Below the pieces are notes generated by a model that searched no databases, was not told the DNA's origin, and worked only from the letters and a program-made list of their open reading frames with translations. A DNA stretch of 64,000 nucleotides, from NCBI RefSeq assembly GCF_009914755.1, contig NC_060940.1; one strand, 5' to 3'. The DNA is from the human T2T-CHM13v2.0 reference genome, Homo sapiens. Shown in pieces: positions 26,385 to 44,798 of this stretch (position 1 is its first letter; each line of letters begins with the position of its first letter). The position numbers and the translations under genes were made by a program.

Positions 26385-28854
26385 TGTTAATTACAGTACA
26401 CCTTTATTAATACTGGAATCTTCACAGTGCATCTGTTACTTGTAGCAGTGACTATATTTAAATCGGGGAGGATGGTGTGGAGGGGGCGGGGAGGAGAGGA
26501 GAATTTTTCCAAAATCTGACGGAAAGAAAAGAAACAAATGGTTCAGATGGGACGGAGGGTGGGGGAGGGGGGGAGGGTGAGTAGGAACCAGGAGGGCTGC
26601 CTGGGGTGGGGGAATAAATTAAAAAAAGGAACGAGTTAACAACAGCACCAGGAAAGTTACTTCAGTCAAAAGACGCTTTTGAAAAGAATATTTCTCCGTA
26701 CAAAATGAGAAATTAAACGAACGTAAAGTCCCCCAAACCAAAGTTTGTGATGTGGGATGGTTGGCTCGGATCCCGAGGTGGGTGGGCCTATGAGGTGGTT
26801 GCTAAGTCGACGCAAGGGCGGCGGGGGTGGTCTCAGGGATGGACAAGGGGATGGAGTAGAGTATGTACAGCCCCCGGGGCTCACAGGGGAGGGGGACGGC
26901 GGAGTCGGTGGGGGCTGTGCCACACGAGCCCCCCTCTCTGGGTAGCCCCTGCCTCCTTTCCCATCAGGACCTCTGACGCCCAGGTCTGCCCACCCACTGC
27001 CCCTCACTCTATTCCCACCACATCCTGAATCCTGCTCCACCGCCCTGCCTCGGAAGACCCCTGCAGCCCTGGGGAGAATGTGTGGCGGAAATTCTACCCA
27101 AGACTCCCCAAATAATTGGTCACCTGCTCTCCTGGCCCCTAAAACCGGGGCTCTGGTGTTGGCCTGAGCTCCACGGGCTGAGTGCTCGGCCAGGCAGTTG
27201 TTGAACCTAGTGACTTACTTACAGGGACCATTCTTCATCAGCTCCCTCTGATGGGACTCCGTCCACATCAGGGCCTGCTTGGTGCCTGGACCTACCCAGG
27301 AGCTGCCCAGCTCACCGCACAAGAACTCCCAGGAGCTCAAGCCTGGGAGGCTCAGACCCAGCTCCATTCTATCAATCAATCAATCATCAAGACCAAGGTG
27401 CTCCTGACCCCCAGGTAGGACCCTGCCCTGGGGCCACGATGCCCTCTGAGCCCTGCTTTCCCTCCTGACCTGCGGGGCCACCAGGACTCCCTCCGCTCGC
27501 CCTAGGCTCACGTGCTTTTACCTGCTGAGACTTGGCGTGACTTGGTGCGTGGGGTGGGGGCAGCCTTGCCCCTCCCCTTGCCCCCGCTGCCACCACGAGC
27601 CTGGACTACAGTGGGGGCCGTGCTGGGATGGCATCTCCTCTGGCAACAGAGAGTCAAAGCCAATCTTCCCAGACTCGCTCCCCCACCTGGGCTTGCAGCC
27701 AGCTCAGACCACAGCAGACAGGCCGGGAGCCTCCCAACCTTATTTTGGCTACGCTCGAGACACTGGAGAGAACAGTAGCTTCCACCGGGCTCTGGGGGAG
27801 CCAAGTCCCTCCCTTCTCATCCTGCCATAGGACCACCGGGGGGTCCCTGTCCCCCAGGCACTCCCAGACACACACCCTGTATCGTCCCCTCTCCCCCACA
27901 CTTAGTCCTCGTCCACAGTCAGCTCCATTTTATTATATTCATAAAATGACCCCACACCTCCTACTGCTCCAGTCACCCCCCGAAAGGTGGCTAAAACTGT
28001 GACCCCCAAAGTTAAAAGATTGATGTACCCAATGAGAAGTGGACATCTGAAAACGGTGCCTGTGTGGCTGGCCGGTGACCCCAGGGCCTCCGGCCTCCTA
28101 ACCCTGCTGCCCTAGTTTCCAAAGAGCTGCTCTGGCCCCCTCCAGCCAGCCTCACGGGGTGGGGGAGGCGAGGGGTGGGAGCCACCACAGGGCCCCCAAG
28201 ACCCCCCCCCCCCAAGCAGCCCCTGGTTTCCTCCCTGAGACTTGGCGTGGGCCCTGGAACTCCCTTCCCACACGGGGGGCCTGGCCGCCCAACTCCAACC
28301 TGCCGCCCTGGCCCCCAGCCCCCAGCAGACATCCAGCCCAGCGTGCACCTGGCCCCTCCACAGCCGCCCCGCCTCCTGGAGGGAGAGGGGCCTGGGAGAG
28401 GCAGAGAGAAGGCAAGAGGGGAGGAGGGGGCTCAGGCAGGGGAGAGGGGGGCCAGCATTCCAGGAGGAGCTGAGGCAGGACCAGCCCTGGGAGAGGCCGG
28501 GATGGTGAAAGGGAGGCCAGCCTGGCCCCTCTGTCATGGGCAGCGGCCCTGGCTCTGGTGCTTATGGGTAGGGAAGAGGCAGGGCCCCAGAGGAGGAAGA
28601 GGAGGGACCGAAGAGCATAAAACAGACCCCGAACCAGGCCCAGGCCTGCAGGCTCCGTCCTGGCCAGGCTTGCTAAGAAGTCACTTCCTGTTTAAATGCT
28701 GGAATCCAAGTGAGGTGTCTTTCCATAAAGTGGCATGGCCTCTGCCCTGGCTCTGTCCTCTCTCCTGGCTGGGCCTTTGCTCTGAGTGCCTGCGGCTCAC
28801 AGACCAGGCCACCTGCTCGCACTGGGGCCTGAGAGGATGGGGAGGGTGGCGCCA
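26385..28854 (-). other. MTSS2: MTSS2 3' UTR (cleavage site approximate)
   Basis: Lies between the stop codon (28855-28857) and the AATAAA; repeat-free, GC-rich. Confidence 0.8.
26403..26408 (-). terminator. MTSS2: MTSS2 poly(A) signal AATAAA
   Basis: Plus-strand TTTATT at the distal end of a ~2.45 kb 3' UTR. Confidence 0.85.
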
Positions 28855-29627
28855 TCATAAGATGCGGGGCGCCGACCTGTCGTTGGTGACGGTCCTGCGG
28901 AGCCGGACCCCACGCCGGATGGCCACCAGCATGTCTTCGGCCGGGGGGTCGCTGGTGGCGGCTGGGGGTGGGGTGGGCGTCTCCTCCGTGGGGGTGGCCG
29001 ACAGAGCAGTGGGGAAGGGGAACTGGCCCTCACCCAGTGCGTGGGCACCCGCCACCAGCTCCCCCAGCTTCTCCACCAGGCTGTGCCGGTTGGCCGCCAG
29101 CTGCTGCTGCTCGTCCTCGGCCCCTGCCCCGGGGTACCCGGCTGCCTCTGGGGATGGGCTGCCCCAGGCTGTGTTGGGCAGGCTGAGCCTCTTTGGGGAG
29201 GCCTTGGCGAGGTCCGGTGCCAGGGGTGAGGCGGTCTCGTCGGTATAGAAGACGCACTCCTCACTGCCCGCCCGTGTGGGCCCCATGTAGCCGGGGGAGT
29301 CAGGCACCGTGGGCGTCTTCACAGGGACGATGGGCGGCCGGATGGGGATGGGGCCAGCGCTGGACAGGGCGCGGCGCACGGTGGGCTTGGTGGAGGGTGT
29401 GCGGCGGATGGTGGCCACGCCGGGGGGTGCGCCCGAGGGCAGGCCAGTGGCCGTGGGCAGCCCCGCGGTGGGCAGCCCAGCAGTGGAGGCTGGGCGCTTG
29501 GTCTGGATCAGGCGGCGGTAGTTCTGGGCGATGTTGCTGTTGCGCGGGATGGTGGATGACTTGTCAAACTCGGGCGGGCCCTCGCTGTCCGCATCCCCAT
29601 TCACGGAGTAGCAGTCGTAGTCGGAGC
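28855..29627 (-). CDS. MTSS2: MTSS2 exon 15 (G-SDYDCYS...WH2 domain ...DRSAPRIL*)
   Basis: ORF 28855..29637; ccccAG|gc tcc; C-terminal EDMLVAIRRGVRLRRTVTNDRSAPRI is a MIM-family WH2 motif. Confidence 0.97.
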
Positions 29628-29775
29628 CTGGGGGCACGGGACACAGTGAGGCCCAGGGCCCAGGTGGCCCCTTGCCCCCAGCCCACCAGGGTGAGCACAG
29701 AGGGGGAAGGACGGGGCCCTCCTGGATGGCTAAGTCCCAGCTGTCCCTGGTCCCACCCCAGCCCCGCGGGCCTGC

Positions 29776-29941
29776 CTTGGGAGGGGATGGTGTCCTCAGA
29801 GCAGGAGGGCGTGGTGGTCTGCGTGCTGTAGCCGCTGGAGTACTGCAGCGAGTCCCGGCTGCTCTTCTGGTGCTCCAGGCTCAGGCCCCGCGTCAGCACC
29901 ATGGCCAGGTCACTGGCGGCGGGGGACACCTCCTCACCGTG
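29776..29941 (-). CDS. MTSS2: MTSS2 exon 14 (HGEEVSP...DTIPSQ-G), GC donor
   Basis: ctcAG|cac ggt ... caa g|GCaggc; 166 nt. Confidence 0.93.
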
Positions 29942-30097
29942 CTGAGGGTGGGAAAGTGCAGGCTGAAGCCTTGCGCCCCCAATCCCCTCTGCCCAAATTC
30001 CAGGCAGCCCTGCCAGGTGGTTGGAGCCGGCCCTGAGGCCACTGGCTGGGCCTCCTGGGACTGACCTGGGCGTGAAGGGGGGCCCTGGCCAGCCTAC

Positions 30098-30274
30098 CTT
30101 GGCTGCGATGGTGGCAGGGGACATCCGGGGTCGCGGTGCCTCTTCCCCGCTGGGGCCCAGGGTGCCCCCACTGGCAGGGCCTGGCTCTGTGTCTCGCAGG
30201 AGCTCCACTCGGTCCTTCCTCCGCTGCAGAGTGGCGCCTGAGGGCTGCTCATGGGAGCCGACCTTGGACCAGTC
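30098..30274 (-). CDS. MTSS2: MTSS2 exon 13 (DWSKVG...TIAAK)
   Basis: ctgcAG|gac tgg ... aag|GTaggc; 177 nt. Confidence 0.95.
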
Positions 30275-30643
30275 CTGCAGGGAGGGTGTGGCAGGTCAGG
30301 GGGACCACTGGCCCTACCACCTATGGCCCGGGGGCCCGTCACTGTGGCTGAGGCTCAGGGTGTCCAGGGCTATCAGGGGGTCTCTGGTTCGCAATCACAG
30401 CCAAGGGCAGAGCATGGAGTGTGACTGTGGCCCCTCAGTCCCACCAGGCCCAGGGGTAAGATGTGGCTGTGTGGGCAGTGACTGTAGGAAATGGCCAGGT
30501 GGCTTGTCTCTTGGGGACAGGTGCTGTGTGCACGCACCCCTGGCTGAACCCAGGCCCTTTGTGCAGTAATGGCACCAGGTGGGGAGGGCATGGATGGGAG
30601 GGGCAGCTGGTGACTGTCCTGGGGCCGGGCTGGGAGCACTGAC

Positions 30644-30718
30644 CGAGGTGGGGGAGCTGCACTCGCTAACGGACTGGCAGGTTTCCGAGGCCTCGGAAGA
30701 TGCAGAGCTGGAGGACTT
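30644..30718 (-). CDS. MTSS2: MTSS2 exon 12 (KSSSSASSEASETCQSVSECSSPTS)
   Basis: tggcAG|aag ... tcg|GTcagt; 75 nt, symmetric phase 0. Confidence 0.93.
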
Positions 30719-31879
30719 CTGCCATGCAGAGGCCAGCAGGCGGTTGCAGACAGAGGGGCCGGCAGGCAGCAAGGAGGAGAGGAGAGAACAGTTTTGGTCA
30801 CAGAGCTGGCATGCAGGGGGGCGGTTCAATTCAGCGCCTTGCCCAGCACCCACCCCCCCTACCCCAGGGCCACGGCCGCTGAGTGTCTGCAGCAGCACAC
30901 AGCAGCCCAGAGTGCACACGGTGAACGCTGACCCACCTGACAGCCCAGCCCTGCGCATTTTGAAGACTGACCACAGGACTCACTGCTGACGGCCTGGATA
31001 TGGCCACCGAGGGGAAAAAGAGATACTAAGGGCGGCAGCTGGGTGTTTGGTCTGAGCAGTTGGGTTGATGGTGTCACAGTTTTCTCAGACAGGACACGGG
31101 GGAAGTGTGAAGCCCCGAGTGCCACGCTGAGCACTGAGCTGAGCTGCCTCTGAGGTCTCTGCATGGATGCAATGAGGGCCGTCGTATTCATAAGCTGAGT
31201 GCAGGGAGAAGTTGGGGTTGGAGCCATCAGTGCAGTGGTCTTGGGGTGGGATGAGGCCACCAGGCAGCGAGTGCAGTTAGACAAGATTCAAGGGCCAGGC
31301 CCGTGGCTGCTGATGCGCATCAGGTGGGAGGGAAGAGGAGAGTCCCGTAAAGGAGAGCCTGCTCTGCGGAGAAGGGGGGCAGCTGTGCTGATGCTGCTGG
31401 GTGGGGCCATCGGCTTGGGGCACAGGGTGTCCATGGAGACCCCGAGGAGAACTGCTACCATAGAAGGGGGTGGGGGAAGGCTGTTTTACAGTGGACTGAA
31501 GTATGAAAGGGACACACCTGCTCTGGGCAGTGGGCTGGACTAGGTGTTCTGCGAGGCCCCCCACTCCTAAACAACTACAAAGAATAAAGAAAAAAGCAGG
31601 GTAGACACAGGCCCATGAAATCCTGAGCATGTGTGACGGGCAGGGTTCCCTGGGGCAGACGCCAGCTTCAGCACAGCAGTGGGGACGTGGATCACGGTGA
31701 GGTGTTGGCCTGGGAATGAGCCAAGTTAAGCCAGGGCAGCCCCCTTCCTCCAGCTCTCTGAATCATTCTGGATTTAGATCCCCAGATTTCCTGCAGATTC
31801 GAATGAACCAAGATCACCAAAATAAAAGGAAACCAGGCACCACCTGTGAGGATTTGGAGGAAATAACAAATGCAGACTT

Positions 31880-39360
<7,481 letters not shown>

Positions 39361-39474
39361 TTGGGGGCCTTCAGGCCAGTCTCAACAGCTATAGTAGTCC
39401 CGCATGTGGCTTGCCTGATGCTGGCATAAGGCTGCTGCACCCCACCCTGACTGATCCTCCTAACGCCCCCTCAC

Positions 39475-39697
39475 CTGGCTGGTGATGTCTGAAGGCATAG
39501 GCGAGGGGGGCTTGGAGTAGGTGGCGTCCTGGGAGACGAAGCCAGAGTCATGGGAGGAAACGCTGGAGAGGCGAGCGGTGGTGGTGGCTGGCTGCGCCAG
39601 GCTGCGGTAGCGACAGGTGGAACTGGGTGAGTATGTTTGGGCACCCCCAGGCCATGGGGCTCCGCCACCCTTGGCACTGCTACTGCTGCTGGGGGCA
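39475..39697 (-). CDS. MTSS2: MTSS2 exon 11 (S-APSSSSSAK...DITSQ)
   Basis: ccctAG|t gcc ... cag|GTgagg; 223 nt; RLSSVSSHDSGF motif of the MIM family. Confidence 0.93.
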
Positions 39698-39974
39698 CTA
39701 GGGGAGTGAAGGAAGAGGGCACAGCAGCCAGACAGGGAGACAGAGGGGTGTGTGTTTGGGGGAGGTTGACAAACGAGGGTGGGGAAAGAGGTGAGGGGCA
39801 AAGGAAGGAAAAGACAATGTCAGACTAGGAGGTCCTGAGACCCAGGTGCTACACAGGAGCTGTGTTCTGGGACGGTGTGGAAGGGGAGGGCCAGAGCAGG
39901 GTACCCCCAGCCCCAGTGCTGAGGGGAGCCGTGGTCAGGGAATGCCCAGGGTGAGGCAACCTCTCTGCCTCCTA

Positions 39975-40885
<911 letters not shown>

Positions 40886-41649
40886 GTCCAATCATTTCTA
40901 AACCACCTTCTCAAAATCTGGTATTTGCCATCCAGTCCTAACTGGATGTCTAGCATATGGTGATGGTGTGTGTGCGTACAGAGGTCACCTTCCAAGTGGG
41001 TCCTGCACCCACCATCACCCTCACTCTCTCCAATCCCTCAAGGGTGTCCAGCCCTCTATGGCTCACACCCTCAGCACAGCAATTCAACCCTTGGGTGGTG
41101 TTCCTGGCTAAGCGTGACCCTGAAGCCTCCCAGCCTCTGCCCCTGCTCATGGCTGTCCCCTGCAATCAGCCCCTTCACTGTGGGACGGCCACCCACGCAG
41201 GGTCTGAAGAGCCTCTCTCTGAGGTAGTAGCTGATTGCTGTGCCTGGCTTCTCCCAAGCTCTGGATGTCCAGCCAGTGATTCTGGGGAGAGGGGTGCCTG
41301 GCAAAGGGGGGCCCCCACCAGCACTTCACTCTGTGCTTACTGTCCTCCCCACCCAAGGAAGCTTGAACCATCAATGTCTCCTCCAAACCCAGCCCCAGTG
41401 CCCAGCCAAGGAAAGGCCCCTGATCCTGAGCCTGGCTAGTGACTGCGAGATCCTTGGCCTCTCCCCAGCTGTGTGAGGCTCCCGGGGCTAGCCTGGGCCA
41501 AGGCTCCAAATGCGGCAGCTGCCTCCATGGGAACCAGCTCTTAGGAGCCAGCCAGGCTGGAGTGTCCTATACCTTATGGCCCCAACACTTGTTTCTAGAA
41601 GCCTTCCCATCTCTCCCTGATCTTTGACTCTTACTATGACCCCACACGG

Positions 41650-41830
41650 TGCTAGGCCTGGCAGAGTCCAGTGGTTAAATGCTGGGACTTCATGTGTCAG
41701 TTTCCCCTTCTGTAAAATGGAGATGACACCATTCCTGATACAGCAGTGTTAGGATTCAATGAGAAAAAATGCATAAAGCACTTAGCACAGCACCTGGCAC
41801 ATAGTGGATGCTCCCTAAATGAAGCTGCTA
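41650..41830 (+). mobile_element. MIR
   Basis: tcagtttccccttctgtaaaatgg...aaagcacttagcacagcacctggcacatagt core. Confidence 0.75.
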
Positions 41831-42049
41831 CTGCCCCTGCTTCCTATTCTGCCAACAAATGCCTGTGCCAGTAGCAGTCTTGGGATGACAGGGCACATTT
41901 TCCCTCTACATATGCAAATTCCTCGGATGGTGTAAAAGTTGTGAATTTTGAGGCCCTGAAGCAATTTCTGATGCAATTTTGCTGGGAACATCCCCACTTC
42001 CTCTTGGGATACCGCCCCCCACACCCCTGGGAACCCCACCCCCACTGAC

Positions 42050-42147
42050 CTGCACATGCTGGACTTCCGGGAGCTGGAGCTGCTGGGTGATGAGGGTGGG
42101 GTCTGGTAGGACCAGCTGTAGTCCGAGCCCTTTAGGTCTTTGATTAC
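42050..42147 (-). CDS. MTSS2: MTSS2 exon 10 (VIKDLKGSDYSWSYQTPP...SMC)
   Basis: gtccAG|gta atc ... tgc ag|GTcagt; 98 nt. Confidence 0.95.
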
Positions 42148-42960
42148 CTGGACAGGGACATGGATGGGGGTCACTGGAGGCAGCTCCTCAGAGCTAGTAG
42201 GGCCAGAGGCCCCCCCCCACTCTCTAATTGTGAACCACATCCCAGGAGAAGACCCAGAAATCTGAAGCCCCCTCCCCCAGGCTCCTCCTAATGTGGGGAG
42301 CAGGGAGACACCAGAGGACACAGCCTTCTCGGAGCCCCTTCAGCTAACATGCACTGAGTAGAGATTCCGAGCCCAGCCTGGGCTGGGCGAGAGTGACCCT
42401 GACACCATGGGGTGCAGGTTGCTCCTGCGCCTCCCTGAGTTTGTTTACTCCTGTTCCTGTCTTAGAGTGGAAGATTCCCTGAGATAACGTGGCAGATGCT
42501 GGGCATGCAACAAGTGCCTCTGGAGCGTGCTGCCCGCAGGCTGTGGGACAGGACTGGTCTGAGTGCAGTGGCAGCAGGGCTGGGGTGGGGTGGCCAGGTA
42601 CGCCTGGGTCTAGGGGAGGGGATGGGGTTTCTGGCCATGAAGGGAGGTGGGGCGTCTCCAGGTTCGGCAGGAGGTCTGCCCACATGGAGCAGGGCAGGCA
42701 GACTCTGGGCCTGACTCCATGGATCCAGGACTTCACCCATCTACTCTGAGTCTGAGAACGCTGCTGGCCAGGGCATACCCTCCCCGACCTGGGCAGGTGC
42801 TCCGGGATGGCCTGCAGTGGGTGTCAGAAGGGGTCTGGTCTTATGCCCCTAGCTGCCTCCCCCAAATGCCATCCTCTTTTCCCCTTTACTGTTCCCAACC
42901 TAGGGCAGCCCATCTCCTCCCTGCCCCTGGCCCTGGCCCTTGGCCAGAGGGCTCCCGCAC

Positions 42961-43068
42961 CTGCTCGCTGGCGGGAGGCAGTTTGTGGGGTTCTGCTGTC
43001 AGCACCACCAAGTCGTCGATGATGCCCTGCAGGTGGGTGATCTCTCCCAGCATGGTCAGCTCTCCATT
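42961..43068 (-). CDS. MTSS2: MTSS2 exon 9 (NGELTMLG...PASEQ)
   Basis: cctcAG|aat ... cag|GTgcgg; 108 nt. Confidence 0.95.
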
Positions 43069-43420
43069 CTGAGGAAGCAGCGAGTCAGACCTGCTGGCCC
43101 TATCGCCCACCTGCCCGCCTGCCCAGCGCCCCTGGAGAAGCAGCAGCCCTTGTCGGGCCTCTCCTCTCTCACCCCTCCTCGCTAACCAATGCTGCTCGGG
43201 GCTGGTGCAGGTGGGGCCCACACAGCCCAGAGGGCTGGCATGATGGTCTCTCCAGACCAAATCAGTGCATGGTGAGCTATGAGACCTGCCTTTGGGCCAG
43301 GAGCATGTGGCCTTGATGCCCCCAGCCAGGGACTGCTGAGAAGTGACCCTTCTTGGAGGTCAGAAGGTCAACCCTGGGCCCAGCCCACCCCTCTGGGGTC
43401 TGAGTCCCCAGGAGTCCCAC

Positions 43421-43578
43421 CACCACAGGCTGCAGGAAGGTGATGAAGGTGCAGAAGCGGCCCCGCTCCTCGATCAGCGCCCGGCGCACGGCCTGCTTCT
43501 CCGTCTCCTCCAGCAGCAGGTACATGTCGTTGACGTCCTGCAGGGCACTGTCCAGCTGGGGCTGCAGGTCTCCTTTCC
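43421..43578 (-). CDS. MTSS2: MTSS2 exon 8 (G-KGDLQPQ...LQPVV), IMD helix 4
   Basis: ctccAG|gg aaa ... gtg gtg|GTggga; 158 nt. Confidence 0.95.
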
Positions 43579-44483
43579 CTGGAGGGGTGGGGAGGAGAGG
43601 CCTTGCTGGGGATGCCAGCCTGGCTTGCCACACCCACAAATGGGCTCAGACCCTGGTGGTGGCATCTCTCGGCCGTTGGGCTGGGTGTTGCCCTGGGGCC
43701 AGGGGACTGCGGAGGGCAGTGAGGACTCTGGGGCTTGTGGAAGGGCTAGTCCCACCAAAGCAGGCAGAGAGGACAGACACACACACAAGAAAGAGGCCAA
43801 AGCTGCAAAGCCACTCTGGATTGGGGCATCTCCGGGGGAGGCTCTTGGCGCCCAGGAGCTCTGCCAACACGGAGACTCGCTGGCCTCCACCTGGGGTACC
43901 CTCACTGACCCGGGATGGCGCCCCTCACCTCACAAGGTCCAGGGAGGTGGGGCAGAAGCGGGACAAGAGAGAGTGTGGGGCTCAGCTGTAGGCCAGGCCA
44001 CAGGGGGCGGGGGCCAGGAGAGCTAGGGCTGGGCCTTGGAGGCAGGGAAGGGGTCTCAGTGTGGGTCCCCACTCAGCTCAGGGAGCAGAGCACACAGCAA
44101 CAGCGACACAAGAAGCAGCAAGAAAGAGAGAGGCGAGAGGATGATGCAGAGGAGATGATGAGATGGCAGGTGAGGAGGTGACAAGTAAGGACGCAGGCCA
44201 GCCTGGTGGGGGCGGGGCAGCCAGGGCCTGTGGCCCCCATCCCGCCCTGGCCAACCCCTCCTGGCCTGGCAGACTGACCCAGCAGTGGCCCGGGACTCAT
44301 CCCTGGCCAGGGGCCCCGGGGGCCCCAGGGGGACTGTGCCCCAGGCCCCTCCCTCGTGGACCGACCGCCTTCCTCGCTTCTCCTTGGCCTGGAGAGGTTC
44401 CTTCCAATGGCCCTGAGCTGGGGGAGACAGACAAATGCGACAAGGACGGGAGGAGCAGCTGGAGGGACCGACATTTGACTTAC

Positions 44484-44492
44484 CAAGTAGCT
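44484..44492 (-). CDS. MTSS2: MTSS2 exon 7, 9-nt microexon (E-L-L)
   Basis: Long pyrimidine tract ...ttcctgtAG|AGCTACTTG|GTaagt; needed to give KARKELLGKG and the 747 aa total. Confidence 0.9.
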
Positions 44493-44798
44493 CTACAGGA
44501 AGGATGTGGGAGGAGAGGAGGAGAGACAGAGAAAGAAAGAATGTGTGAAAGACGCCGGATGGACAGAGCCACTCCTGGGGCGGGGGTGCCTGGGCCTCCT
44601 GCTGCCTCCCATAGGGAGGTTCTGGACCAGGTTTGGGGGGAAGGGCAGCTCCCTCTGTCCCACCCAACAGGTTGGAGGGTCCTGTGTCGGGGACAGCGCC
44701 CCTCTGGCTGGGATGAAGGCTTTGGGGCGCCCCACGGGGCGGTGGGGCTGTGGAGCGGGGCCGTGGGGCTGTGGCTGGGGGGCCGCGCCAGGCACTAC

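Noticed and set aside
28175-29831. 357 aa and 212 aa plus-strand ORFs antisense to MTSS2 exon 15 and 3' UTR
   Set aside because: GC-rich shadow frames of a real CDS; no splice, promoter or homology support.
31002-31018. Exact 17-mer GGCCACCGAGGGGAAAA repeated at 48974-48990, CTCF-like
   Set aside because: A 17-nt match in 64 kb of GC-rich DNA is plausible by chance, and it departs from the CTCF core.
30859-31284. ORF beginning LSNCTRC, reminiscent of MTSS1 LSNGFSH
   Set aside because: No acceptor AG before it and no further similarity.
44367-44418. Possible extra exon after the microexon (acceptor tctcccccAG|ctcaggg, peptide AQGHWKEPLQAKEK)
   Set aside because: The best donor (CG|GTCGGT) gives 52 nt, which breaks the frame; the frame-preserving option needs a very weak donor.
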